Source: Macrostomum lignano
Taxonomy: Eukaryota
NCBI GenBank assembly: GCA_002269645.1
Contig: NIVC01003717.1
Span: 1-64,000 of the forward strand
Length of the DNA stretch: 64,000 bases
Reading direction: 5' to 3'
Within the stretch, counting starts at the first letter, position 1. Every line of letters starts with the position of its first letter. Both the position numbers and the translations under genes were made by a program. The notes under the pieces are model-generated. The model was not told where the DNA came from. It searched no databases and saw only the letters and a program-made list of their open reading frames with translations. Shown piece after piece: positions 1-13,400 of the stretch.

Positions 1-209
1 AGGCCAAAGGGAAAAGCAAGCTCATGTGATTCAGTTGTAGCCGGAAAAAATTAAATAAAATGACTCAGACGATAAGCTCATTGGATGATGGGGTAAAAAC
101 TCAGCAATAAGAACATTAACTTTAAACCAGCAGATTCATTACAATATAATTAATTGCACATAAAAATCAAGCATTTTTAACTAAATGAAAACGCCATCGA
201 AATCTTTAA

Positions 210-1408
210 CTACACAGCAACCGTTTCCATAGCAACACTGACGCCAGACGGTTTGTTGTCGCCGCCAAATCGGGCGCAACGCTTTTTACGCCGACATGGC
301 CGGCACAGAGGTCCTGGCGTTGTACACCATACACGGCGCGGCATTTCTTATTGCTGCAATTGTCTAAATCGATTAGAATCGAACGATTCAAATTTAGCTG
401 GTTAGAGCGTTGCTGTTGCTGTTGTTGACGGCGATAGGAAGCGCCGACACTGCTACTCGTAGCACCGCTGACGCCAGCACACACAGCCGTAGTTGTCTTT
501 GGCCGACCAGTTCGGTGCAGCCGCAGTGTCGCTCCTTCTCCAATTGGGCCAAGTGATAATATCTGCGTTGGTTAAAAATTTGTGGCGCCGATTGTTAGTT
601 ATGCGGGGCGCAATAGATCAGTGGCTACGAGTATAAGTGTCGACCTTGAACGCGCCAAAACCGTCCCAAACCGGGTTCGAATCCTTGGGCCCAGCCAAAA
701 GAGAAAATACAAAGCAGAAGATAATCGCGTCCTAAGTTTAGAAATCTACAAAACCTGTCGAATTAGAAGCACTGATACTGGTAGAAAATCAGAAGTTATT
801 TAGATTATCCTTCTGTGAATAGGTCACAGTAATAACCTAAATCCGTATTATAAACTTCGATACATGTCGGCACTGTAAAATGCTAAAATATTTGATATAA
901 CTTTTCATCACTGTGGTATGAAACAAAAATCACCACCCAACTTCTAATCACTATCTGGAATGTAGAAATCAAATCTCAAAAAGTATTTCGATACATATCG
1001 GCGATTTGTGTCAAAACAAAAACGCACTTAGCCTGTTCCTGGCGCGACAAAGACTGCCACTGCCGGCCCAATAGTCGATTAATTTCCGCGGACTCTCGAA
1101 GCGAATGTTCGGCAGCTACTGCTGCTCGATGGTCGCGCATATACAGCATAAAAGCATTCAGCGGCTTCTTGATTCGCTGCTTTGGCTGTTGCTGTGGCTG
1201 CTGTTGCAACGCCCGACGTGCAGCTGACCGACTGCTGCTTGACTGCGCTGAAATTAAAGTTTTAATGCTTCCATAAATTAAGCCACTCTTCTAATTCTTC
1301 AGAACAATATTGACAATGATTTCTGATAAGATATCTGCCTGTTTGTCTGCCTGCCTGTCTTTCTGTCTCTCTGTCTTAGTGTCTGTCTGTGCTGTCTGTC
1401 TGTCTTAG

Positions 1409-1449
<41 letters not shown>

Positions 1450-2990
1450 TAGTGTCTGTCTGTCTGTCTTAGTGTCTGTCTGTCTGTCTGTCTTAGTGTC
1501 TGTCTGTGCTGTCTGTCTGTCTGTCTTAGTGTCTGTCTGTCTGTCTTAGTGTCTGTCTGTGTGTCTGTCTGTCTTAGTGTCTGTCTGTGTGTCTGTCTGT
1601 CTTAGTGTCTGTCTTAGTGTCTGTCTGTCTGTCTTAGTGTCTGTCTCTGCTGTCTGTCTGTCTGTCTTAGTGTCGTGTCGTGTCTGTCTGTCTGTCTTAG
1701 TGTCTGTCTGTCTGTCTTAGTGTCTGTCTGTCTGTCTGCCTGCCTCCCATCTATTCACCATTCGCACTCACAGTTGGACTCGTTGAGCATAGCCTGAGCA
1801 GCACTTTGCGGCGGTAACTGAGCACACCCGGCCGTAATTAGCGACCGAACGAGAAGCAGCAGCAGCAGACTGGAGAGGCTGATGCACCAATTCGAACGGG
1901 CGCCAAAGCGCTTCTGCAGCAGCAGCTGCAGCTGCCGCACTCTCCGCCTCCGCCACTAATTCGCTTTTATCTCGACGAAGATTCGAGGGTTCAGAGGATC
2001 GAAGACGATTACGCAGAAGGTCATCGTGGCTGAGAGCTGACGCTGCGCCATCCTCATCCTCTTCCTGCTTCAATGCGCCAGCCTCTTCGCCTTCCTCATC
2101 GGGATTGTCTTCATCGTCATCCTCTTGATTGTAGTTTTTCAACTCGTCGGTGGCTGCTAAGTGATCGTCAAGGCTACCGGATCTGCCGATTCGAGCTGCG
2201 GTTGTTGCCGCTGATGATGCCAAATCCGGGCTCAGGCAGCTGAGGAAGTTTTGATATTTTAACGGATTATCGGGGAATCCAATGCAATTCTTCAAGGAAT
2301 TCCAGTGCGATTCTTAGGGGAATTCCAATGCGACTCTTGGGGGAATTCCAATGCGATTATAAGGGAATTCCAAAGCGATTATAAGGGAATTCCAATGCGA
2401 TTCTTAGGGGAATTTCAATGCGACTCTTGGGGGAATTCCAATGCGATTCTTAGGGGAATTCCAATGCGATTCTTAGGGGAATTCCAATGCGATTCTTAGG
2501 GGAATTCCAATGCGATACCTGGGGAATTCCAATGCGATTCTTGGGAATCCCCAAGCGATTTTTGGGGAATTCTAATGCGATTCTTAGGGGAATACCAATG
2601 TGATTCTAAGGAAATTCCAATCCGATTCTTAGGGGAATTCTAATGCGATTCTTGGGAATTCCAATGCGACTCTTCGGGGAAGTTTAATTCAATTGTTAGG
2701 GGAATATTTATAGCAATTTTTTGGACTTTCAATTGTATGATATGATGATATGCGGGATTATAAAGACAATCAACAGGGGGGATATAAATGGCGATTTTAA
2801 GAATTGATTCTTTTACATAGCTATCAGAACTAATGGTGGATTCCTTTAAAAAGATCTCTATTGAATATACATTAGCAGCTAAAGTACACGTGATGCAGAT
2901 ATCTCACACTAATGGACTCGCGATTTTTTGCAATTACATCTATCAGTAAGTTTACCTGACTCTGCTGAGATGCTGCTGCTGCTGCTGCAT
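210..2990 (-). CDS. TCF: TCF/LEF (pangolin-like) HMG-box transcription factor, 4 coding exons, with apparent frameshifts
   Basis: Exons 2990-2956 ([11 protein letters not shown]), 2239-1772, 1247-1028 and 562-210, all GT-AG. Exon 2 has the beta-catenin-binding motif [13 protein letters not shown]. The HMG box reads [16 protein letters not shown]...EQAK|[12 protein letters not shown]...NWSAKDNY, and the C-clamp reads [14 protein letters not shown](W)[10 protein letters not shown]. About five single-base frame corrections are needed. Confidence 0.9.
605..697 (+). other. tRNA-like Pol III A-box/B-box fragment (degenerate tRNA or SINE head) in TCF intron 3
   Basis: TAGATCAGTGG (614-624) and GGTTCGAATCC (674-684). 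Stems are only partial and no clean cloverleaf forms. Confidence 0.35.
1333..1745. repeat. (TGTC)n microsatellite interspersed with CTTAG, TCF intron 2
   Basis: Direct inspection. Confidence 0.95.
2272..2700. repeat. ~22-bp minisatellite GGGGAATTCCAATGCGATTCTTA, TCF intron 1
   Basis: Direct inspection. Confidence 0.95.
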
Positions 2991-3216
2991 AGCAACGGTT
3001 GTCAAGGCTCTGGCCAACATTTTAGCAACCGTTTTTTTACGAGCGCTGCAATGGTGGGTTTGTGAACAACATAAAAAATTGTATAAAGATTCAAGTCACT
3101 ATGACATTCAATATTTTAACATTCTAGCCTGAAAAATGCCACTAAATGTTCTGCAAACACCTCGAGAAAAATTACTAAATATCTTGAATTATTTAGGAAA
3201 TACTTATTGAAGTGTC

Positions 3217-4716
3217 CGTGGTGGAGCACCTTGAAGAGTCTGTGGTGGAGCACCTTGAAGAGTCTGTGGTGGAGGACCTTGAAGAGTCTGTGATGTAGCA
3301 CCTTGAAGAGTCTGTGATGGAGCACCTTGAAGAGTCTGTGGTGGGACACCTGGAAGAGTCTGTGGTGGAGCACCTTGAAGAGTCTGTGGTGGGACACCTT
3401 GAAGAGTCTGTGGTGGAGCACCTTGAAGAGTCTGTGGTGGAGCACCTTGAAGAGTCTGTGATGGAGCACATTGAAGAGTCTGTGATGGAGCACATTGAAG
3501 AGTCTGTGGTGGAGCACCTTGAAGTCTGTGGTGGAGCACTTGAAGAGTCTGTGATGGAGCACCTTGAAGTCTGTGGTGGAGCACCTTGAAGAGTCTGTGG
3601 TGGAGGACCTTGAAGAGTCTGTGATGTAGCACCTTGAAGAGTCTGTGATGGAGCACCTTGAAGAGTCTGTGGTGGGACACCTTGAAGAGTCTGTGGTGGA
3701 GCACCTTGAAGAGTCTGTGGTGGGACACCTTGAAGAGTCTGTGGTGGAGCACCTTGAAGAGTCTGTGGTGGAGCACCTTGAAGAGTCTGTGATGGAGCAC
3801 ATTGAAGAGTCTGTGGTGGAGCACCTTGAAGTCTGTGGTGGAGCACTTGAAGAGTCTGTGATGGAGCACCTTGAAGTCTGTGATGGAGCACCTTGAAGAG
3901 TCTGTGGTGGAGCACCTTGAAGAGTCTGTGGTGGAGGACCTTGAAGAGTCTGTGATGTAGCACCTTGAAGAGTCTGTGATGGAGCACCTTGAAGAGTCTG
4001 TGGTGGGACACCTTGAAGAGTCTGTGGTGGAGCACCTTGAAGAGTCTGTGGTGGGACACCTTGAAGAGTCTGTGGTGGAGCACCTTGAAGAGTCTGTGGT
4101 GGAGCACCTTGAAGAGTCTGTGATGGAGCACATTGAAGAGTCTGTGGTGGAGCACCTTGAAGTCTGTGGTGGAGCACTTGAAGAGTCTGTGATGGAGCAC
4201 CTTGAAGTCTGTGGTGGAGCACCTTGAAGAGTCTGTGGTGGAGCACCTTGAAGAGTCTGTGGTGGAGGACCTTGAAGAGTCTGTGATGTAGCACCTTGAA
4301 GAGTCTGTGATGGAGCACCTTGAAGAGTCTGTGGTGGGACACCTTGAAGAGTCTGTGATGGAGCACCTTGAAGTCTGTGGTGGAGCACCTTGAAGAGTCT
4401 GTGGTGGAGGACCTTGAAGAGTCTGTGATGTAGCACCTTGAAGAGTCTGTGATGGAGCACCTTGAAGAGTCTGTGGTGGGACACCTTGAAGAGTCTGTGG
4501 TGGAGCACCTTGAAGAGTCTGTGGTGGGACACCTTGAAGAGTCTGTGGTGGAGCACCTTGAAGAGTCTGTGGTGGAGCACCTTGAAGAGTCTGTGATGGA
4601 GCACATTGAAGAGTCTGTGGTGGAGCACCTTGAAGTCTGTGGTGGAGCACTTGAAGAGTCTGTGATGGAGCACCTTGAAGTCTGGTGGAGCAAAAGTGTC
4701 TCTGGTGGAGCACCTT
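3217..4716. repeat. 24-bp minisatellite GTGGTGGAGCACCTTGAAGAGTCT with ~331-bp higher-order period
   Basis: Variant-unit pattern recurs at 3314, 3645 and 3976. Explains the three overlapping ~500-aa ORFs. Confidence 0.95.
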
Positions 4717-5529
4717 AAAGTGTGTAAGGTGAAAGACATTGAAGTAACTTACTTATCGACTAATAGGTAATTAAAAAATCCAGATAGTATAAGAAAAAGT
4801 ACAATGTCTTTTGGTGTAAGGAACTGAAATTGAAACGGGTCACTTCTTACACTAGCAGAAGTGGTCACACAACCTATACCTATGCAAAGCCTTAAAGCAA
4901 CGAATGGCAGATCGTCTAGGTATATAAAATAGCTAGAAAGGATTTTAACAAAGAACGCACACAATGCATACTGCACTACAGTTTTTATTACGGCTATTGT
5001 CAATAGTGTTTGCAAGTATTAAGTGTATATTAAAAATTTTATATATTTTTCCAATAATCAATCAATTGTTAAATTTGAGACAAAATGGTGTACAGACACA
5101 CTGGAGTACACACAATATAGAGCAGCGAGTGGTGCATAGATGTAATTAAAGCATACTGTATGTGCTATCAAATTACTGTGTAAATAAATAAACATATATT
5201 TCAGATAAACTCGAAACTCTGAACTATATATTATTATACGATAATTACCGTTCGACAGAAAAAGCACAATCTACCTGGATAGACATTTATGTAATTAGAT
5301 TTTTTCACTGTTTTAAATTAAGACAAACGTTACGTTAATATTTCGACGCATTTCGAACTCCACTGAGGTGCATCGTCACCTCTAGGCTATCAGGATTGAT
5401 AGGTGCTGCAATTGTGAACCTGAATAAGTGCTTTAAAATAGCAACTATCAACGGACTGCATATCCCACAGACACTCAATATTTGCTGTTTACCCGATATG
5501 GTTAGGGTTAACGCTTGCCGAAGATATGA

Positions 5530-6214
5530 AACGTCGGAGACATGGGGTGTCGGAGATATGAAATTTTGGAGATATGAAGTATCGGAAATATGAAGTGTCG
5601 GAAATATGAAGTGTCGGAAATATGAAGTATCGGAAATATGAATTGTCGCAGATATGAAGTGTCGGAAATATGAATTGTCGGAGATATGAAGTGTCGGAGC
5701 TATGAAGTGTCGGGGATACGAAGTGTCGGAGATATGAGGTGTCGGAGATATGAAGTGTCGGAGCTATGAAGTGTCGGGGATACCAAGTGTCGGAGATATG
5801 AAGTGTCGGGGATACGAAGTGTCGGAGATATGAAGTGTCGGGGATACGAAGTGTCGGAGATATGAGGTGTCGGAGATATGAAGTGTCGGAGCTATGAAGT
5901 GTCGGGGATACCAAGTGTCGGAGATATGAAGTGTCGGAGATATGAAGTGTCGGAGATACGAAGTGTCGGAGATACGAAGTGTCGGAGCTATGAAGTGTCG
6001 GGGATACCAAGTGTCGGAGATATGAAGTGTCGGAGATATGAAGTGTCGGAGATATGAAGTGTCGGAGATATGAAGTGTCGGAGATACGAAGTGTCGGAGA
6101 TATGAAGTGTCGGAGATATGAAGTGTCGGAGCTATGAAGTGTCGGAGATATGAAGTGTCGGAGATATGAAGTGTCGGAGCTATGAAGTGTCGGAGATATG
6201 AAGTGTCGGAGATA
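5530..6214. repeat. 16-bp minisatellite GTGTCGGAGATATGAA
   Basis: Direct inspection. Confidence 0.95.
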
Positions 6215-6777
6215 CTAGAGCACCACAAGCTCACTATCCTGAAACTCTGCATAGGAATATCGATTTTGATGTCGATTTTTTAGCTTTTTACTTCTCATCG
6301 CCAAACGATTATAAAACCTGGCAGTTACAAAAGATTTTTTTCTATTAACTAAAGCGCAGCGCACACTTACTCAAATCAGAAGTCAATATTGTAGCAGAGA
6401 CAATTTATGAAAACAAAATTATGAACTATTTAAACAGACAAACCACCCGACAGGAAGAATGATAATAATAAGATTGAAAATAAGCAAGTTTACCGGAATG
6501 CCAAATCGCTGCAATTCCGTAAAACATACTTAGCGTTAATCACCGATAACGGATTAGCAACAGTAGTAACAGTTATAAATTTATAATATATACACTATTT
6601 ATTGTAACAGGCAACAAGTCGAAATAAAATTCGGAATTTATTTTTAAACCCGTCATCCTGCAGGATGAGAGGCAGGGATTTGCCGCAATAAAATCAATAA
6701 TAATTCTTGGTTACATTTAGAACAGTTTATTAAATATTATTAACGAACTCAGCAGATATTGATCGCATTCTCCTCAA

Positions 6778-6956
6778 TCAATTGTTTTCGTCCTGCAGGT
6801 GCTGAAGCGATTCCCCAATCTTCAAAGACGTCAGCCGCTCCCAGGGGATTTTCTCGCCGAACACGGGCAGGGGACGGCGGAAGCCTTTGACGTGGCCGCT
6901 CATGTTGAAGAACACGCCCTTCAGGCCCTCCTGCGGTGGCAGCGGGCTGCTGTTAC

Positions 6957-6997
<41 letters not shown>

Positions 6998-7010
6998 GTG
7001 TGTCTGTCTT

Positions 7011-7061
<51 letters not shown>

Positions 7062-7080
7062 GTGTGTCTGTCTGTCTGTG

Positions 7081-7121
<41 letters not shown>

Positions 7122-7124
7122 GTG

Positions 7125-7165
<41 letters not shown>

Positions 7166-7178
7166 GTGTGTCTGTCTT

Positions 7179-7209
<31 letters not shown>

Positions 7210-7234
7210 TTTTGTCTGTCTTTTTGTCTGTCTT

Positions 7235-7279
<45 letters not shown>

Positions 7280-7286
7280 GCCTGTA

Positions 7287-7350
<64 letters not shown>

Positions 7351-7358
7351 AGCTTGCG

Positions 7359-7409
<51 letters not shown>

Positions 7410-10400
7410 TCAGTAAACGTAAAAAGCAGTTTCAAAGCAATTTTGAAGCCGCCCAATCAATAGCAATAGCAATAACACGAGTCGGAATAATAATAATAAG
7501 ACTGGCCCAGCCGCTACCGAGGCAAACCGAATGATACAGAACCGCAGCAAAGAAGAGACAGAGTTGGCATAAGTGTGCTAATAATTTACCGGCAAAGAAC
7601 CGCCACACAAGCAGAAATCACTCCCTAAGGCCCAAGTGCTTCTTGCGAAATCCTCTACCGCGGCCCATCCCCCTCCCCCGAGCTAGTGGGAACAAAATGC
7701 GGGAGCTTCTGTAGAACGCACTGATAAACTAGCTAAACTGCCTTTGCACTGCTTTGCACTTTTATAAATAACCAAGCATGCACTCGCGCAGTTGTTGGGA
7801 TGCCCGGGATGCTATGATTCATAGTGTGTTATTGATAGCTGTGTCACGACAGGCATCTAAGTACATGCCATATTTGGAACTAAAAATCTTGGAAAATATT
7901 ACCCAAATCCAAAAAAGAGACAATCTTCCCCAAATCCCCATAAGACAATCTTTCCCAAATCCCAATAAGAGACAATCTTCCCCAAATCCCAGTAAGACAA
8001 TCTTCCCCTAATCCTAAAAAGACAATCTTCCCAAATCCCAATAAGAGACAATCTTCCCCAAATCCCAGTAAGACAATCTTCCCCTAATCCTAAAAAGACA
8101 ATCTTCCCAAATCCCAATAAGAGACAATCTTCCCCAAATCCCAATAAGACAATCTTCCCCAAATCCCAATAAGACAATCTTCCCCAAATCCCAATAAGAC
8201 AATCTTCCCCAAATCCCAATAAGACAATCTTCCCCAAATCCCAATAAGACAATCTTCCCCAAATCCCAATAAGACAATCTTCCCCAAATCCCAATAAGAC
8301 AATCTTCCCCAAATCCCAATAAGACAATCTCCCCCAAATTCCAATAAGAGACTATCCTCCCCAAATCCCAATAAGACAATCTCCCCCAAATTCCAATAAG
8401 AGACTATCCTCCCTAAATCCCAATAAGACAATCTCCCCCAAATCCCAATAAGAGACTATCCTCCCCAAATCCCAATAAGACAATCTCCCCCAAATCCAAT
8501 AAGAGACTATCCTCCCCAAATCCCAATAAGACAATCTCCCCAAATTCCAATAAGAGACTATCCTCCCCAAATCCCAATAAGACAATCTCCCCAAATTCCA
8601 ATAAGAGACTATCCTCCCCAAATCCCAATAAGACAATCTCCCCCAAATCCCAATAAGAGACTATCCTCCCCAAATCCCAATAAGACAATCTCCCCCAAAT
8701 TCCAATAAGAGACTATCCTCCCCAAATCCCAATAAGACAATCTCCCCCAAATTCCAATAAGACAATCTTCCCCAAATCCCAATAAGACAATCTTCCCCAA
8801 ATCCTAATAAGAGACAATCTTCCCAATTCCCAAAAAGCAGATCGCCAACCTGATAGGCTGTCTCGGCCTCCTGAATCTTCCTAGCAACGTCGGCAGCAAA
8901 GCCGGCCTCCCGACCGCCAGGGCAGGCCAGCTCCAGAGATTTGGTGGACAGCAACTGCACATTGCCGTCGTCGAAATGATGCACCTGGTGAGTGAGGTTT
9001 TGTTAAAATATATTTGTGCTGATTTTTATTTTATAATACGCTCAGGATAAAAAAAATGATTAGAATTTAGACTCTGTCTACTAATAGTAGACATATTAAA
9101 TGAAAATACAGTTCAACGTTAACTTGGAGTACAACAGTGAGAATAAAGAGGGGCGCATGGGGAGAATGGAGGCGAGAGGAGATTGAGATCGAGGAAATTA
9201 AGAGATATGAGAGGGAGAGAAGAGAAGGGAGAGAAGATGGAGGGAGAGAAGAGGGAGGCGGAGAAGAGAAGGGAGAGAAGAGGGAGGGAGAGGAGTGAGA
9301 GTGATAAAGGAGAGGGAGAGAAGAGGAAGGGAGAAAAGTGAGAGGGAGAGAAGAGAGAGGGAGAGAAGAGAGAGGGAGAGGGTACGAAGGGAGAGGGAGG
9401 GAGCGAAGGGAGAGGGAGAGGGAGTAGGGAGAGTAGGAGAGAAGGGACGGCTAGCACTGCAGAGGACGCTAGCATCCAGTTCAAGCAGGTGGCCCACACT
9501 GGCAAGCTCACCTGAACCTTAATTTTTCCAGTCCAGGAGACAGTCTTCTCCCCAGCCAGGCCGCCGCTGGGCACGGTGCAGGACCAGATGCTGCGCCAGC
9601 GGCCGTTCTGGAAATTCTTCGACTTAAAATGATGCGCCTCAATGCAGATAGTCAGCTCGATGTCGCCAGTGTCAGGGGACTTTTTGCCAAAAATGGAGCT
9701 GCTGCCGCGTTGAAACTGGTCTTCGACGTACTTGCTGATCTCGTCGTCCAGAGGCTTCGTCAGGGCCAAGACATCGTCTGGGAGTGTCAGCTCCTGGGCA
9801 GATGAGAATTGTTAATTTAAATTTGTTTGTCTAGTTTCCATGACTTCAGGGACTACAGATTCCATGACTTCAGGGACTACAGTTTCCATGACTTCAGGGA
9901 CTACAGTTTCCATGACTTCAGGGACTACAGATTCCATGACTTCAGGGACTACAGATTCCATGCCTTCAGGGACTACAGATTCCATGCCTTCAGGGACTAC
10001 AGATTCCATGACTTCAGGGACTACAGATTCCATGACTTCAGGGACTACAGTTTCCATGCCTTCAGGGACTACAGATTCCATGACTACAGTTTCCATGCCT
10101 TCAGGGACTACAGATTCCATGCCTTCAGGGACTACAGATTCCATGACTTCAGGGACTACAGATTCCATGACTTCAGGGACTACAGTTTCCATGCCTTCAG
10201 GGACTACAGATTCCATGACTACAGTTTCCATGCCTTCAGGGACTACAGATTCCATGACTACAGTTTCCATGACTTCAGGGACTACAGTTTCCATGACTTC
10301 AGGGACTACAGATTTCATGACTTCAGGGACTACAGATTCCATGACTTCAGGGACTACAGTTTCCATGCCTTCAGGGACTACAGATTCCATGACTTCAGGG

Positions 10401-13400
10401 ACTACAGATTCCATGAATTCAGGACTAGTTTCCATGACTTCATGATTTAGCTGCTTCAAGGATATTAGTTGAATACCTGAAAATCGGTAGCCTCTCGCTT
10501 CAGATGATCGAACTTGAAGCTCTGCTGGGTGCGGTGGTCGGCAAAACGGCCGCCCCCGAGGTCATTATACTGCGTCACCAAGCAGCGCAACTTGCTGTTC
10601 TCAACCGAAACTGGAGTGAGCTGGTCTTTGTTATACTTGATCAGCGCAGGTAGCAGTTTACTGCGGACAATCTGCTCGTCATCTAATAGTACTTTCAAAT
10701 CTGAGGGAGGGAACATAGTGAGTCTTAAGTACTATATATAGAATCGGAATAAAATGTCTAAAATTATTTTTGTTTAGCAAAACTCACCTTGCCAAACCTC
10801 AGTAGACTCTCCAGGAGGCGAGTGGAGCAGAAAGTTAGCAGCAATCTTGCCCTAAAAGATTGTTGAAAATATTTAACTAAACAGGTATTCAATTCAAAGG
10901 AGGATGCTAATAACACAACACTGAATAAAATATTGTACAAGTATGCTTTATACATGCCAATTTATATGCATGTTTGAAGGCTAAATATAAGATCAACAAT
11001 AAAAGGTTCTACATGTATTTTTTAGATTATTATACAATTTAAAGTAAATTTTTTATATATTACATTTATATACAGTCTTTTTGGAATACATATCCAAAAT
11101 ACTAAATAGAGATCAGATAATAAAAAAATTAGGGTTTGAATTGAATTGAAGCATTACAAAGTTAAACTTTTTAGATTATATACATTTAGTTTTTACTAAA
11201 GTGTAGAGAACTAGTTCATTTTAACTATTATTGTTTTACTTTTAATTTCTTAGAAAAGTTAAACCCAGTTTTTTAAATTTAGTTTTCTGTTTTTTTCGTA
11301 AAGGGCCAGCTATTCTTTCTGATCAAAATTTAGTTACTATAACTATGTACATAGAGACTGCACCAAATGCAAACTTAATCATTTTTGTATGCTAATTGTG
11401 TAGATTGATTGTTGGGACCTGGAACTTTTGGTCCCACCTGTTGGTCTCGGCAATCTCTATACGCCAAGCTATATGCCAAAAAGGCATACAAGGCCCCTTT
11501 GTATGCCAAGTTGTACACCAAAGGTTTAATCTAGGTCCCTCTGTATGCTAGAAAATTCTGGCGTACATGTATACTATCCGGAGTCTGGCCTTAGGGCTCA
11601 AAATCTAATTGCCAATGGCTATTTTTGGTTGCCCATTGGCCATACTCAGGAAGGTTAGGCCTACATGTAAGCCGGAATTTTCCGGCGAACCATTGAAAAG
11701 TTTGGCTATTTTGGCATACCACTTTGAGCTCAAGAAATTTTTGGAGTACCAATTTTGGTGAATAAATTCTAATAATAAGGTGTATAAAAATTGTAATGTA
11801 AATTAACCCTTTTTTGTTTTTACGTAAAATAAAGAAGAATTTGCATAGTCTAGAAAGTCAGTAATAAACTTTTTGCTTTTTTAATAAAATTAACAATAAA
11901 TAAAACTTGTGTAAATTATTGCTAAGAACGTAAATTTTGCATGCTTTTTTCTGTACCTTCAATTTAAGTTTGTTTAAAATGAAAATATTTGTAATATTTG
12001 AAAGACTTTTCATACGAAAGCCTTTCTTAGAAAACTCTAATTGTGAAAACTGAATGACCTTTTTAGGAGGAATTTTTGGCGTACATTTTAGGGAATTTTT
12101 TTGTTTTTTGGCGTACACTGGTCTACATTTAGCTAAGATAGGATTCTTGTTCCGGCGTACACTATTACACGATCCGAATTGTGGCTCATTAGCAACTAGC
12201 CAAATTCTCAGGGATGGATATTTCCAAGGCTATGTTTAAAAAGCAGAAATTTGTTCTCTTAGCTCTAAGATAGCTATCTTTGCTGCAAACAATAACAAAC
12301 TAACAATTCCATCATACTGATTCATAATTGTATGGCACTTTTATTATGGCAGTTGTTATTTGTCCGGTAACCGGATGAATAGCCTTTTTGCTATTTGTCT
12401 AGTTAAATTGCTAACACAAATATCTTATTTGTTTCGTGATGAATATTCTAGATTTTTAAGACCTTTTCTCGTATACTGATTAATATTTTCTTGTATTACT
12501 TGAGTGTAAGCCTGTAGAGGTCGGACGGGATCCCAAAATCTCGGGATCCGAGGAAAATTGAATTCCCGCGGGACAAGAATCCCGACCCTAAAAAACTTGA
12601 GATTCAAGAACAGGTCTTTTGATTAAATAATTTATAGAATTAGTGATTACTTGAAGGTATTTTGCTTTAACTTGTACTTGTTACATTATTTACTTTGTTG
12701 GTTACAAAACTTCATATCAATTTTGTTGTGTTTTACTTCTTGATCTTGACAATCTTTTCTCAATTTTGTTTAACTTTACATGGACAATACACTAAAAGAC
12801 CTGATCCTGATTCCCGAAATCCCGATCCCGATCCCGATCCCAAGAAAAAAATTATTCCCGATCCCAATCCCGCCCGAAGATTTCAATCCCGTCCGACCTC
12901 TAAGCCTGGGGTTTTTTTCGCCAGAGACAAGGTGCAAAATCGCACTTTATGCCAAATTTCAAGGTGCAATTTTAAGGCTCAGAGTGCAATTTCTCTTGAG
13001 TCTTGTTTTAGACAACTGGGAATGTATATTTTAATATCTTATATAAGGCTATAGCCATAGCCAAATCGCCTATATGACTTAATAGGATTTAAAGAGTTAT
13101 TTTGTTTCATATTTTAAGGCAGTGCATGAAAAATAGCTTAAGCATGGTTAAGCCTTTAAAGAAAAATGGTTATAAGACTGCACCTAAACCCCTATTGCAG
13201 CGCATGGCTTAAGTATGCCAGACGCCTACACAACCTGCGCCACGCTGTGAAATGACTTACCTGTGAAAGAAACCCTAAAGCAAAATTAACGCAGTTTTGG
13301 GTAAACGGCAGGAGTAACTATGACTGTCTTATCGAACCTAAATGCCTCAGCATCTAATTAGTACTACGCCTGTATTCTATGGGGTGGCATTTTTGCGACT

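Noticed and set aside
3116-4739. Three overlapping ~500-aa ORFs, and similar long ORFs at 5489, 6799, 7899, 9812, 24284, 32128, 33393, 38690, 54870 and 57186
   Set aside because: All are translations of stop-free tandem repeats, open in several frames or on both strands, with no domain content.
13299-13362. 28S rRNA gene or rDNA pseudogene
   Set aside because: Only ~64 nt match, embedded in TIR/TSD-bounded elements, and no other rRNA sequence flanks it.
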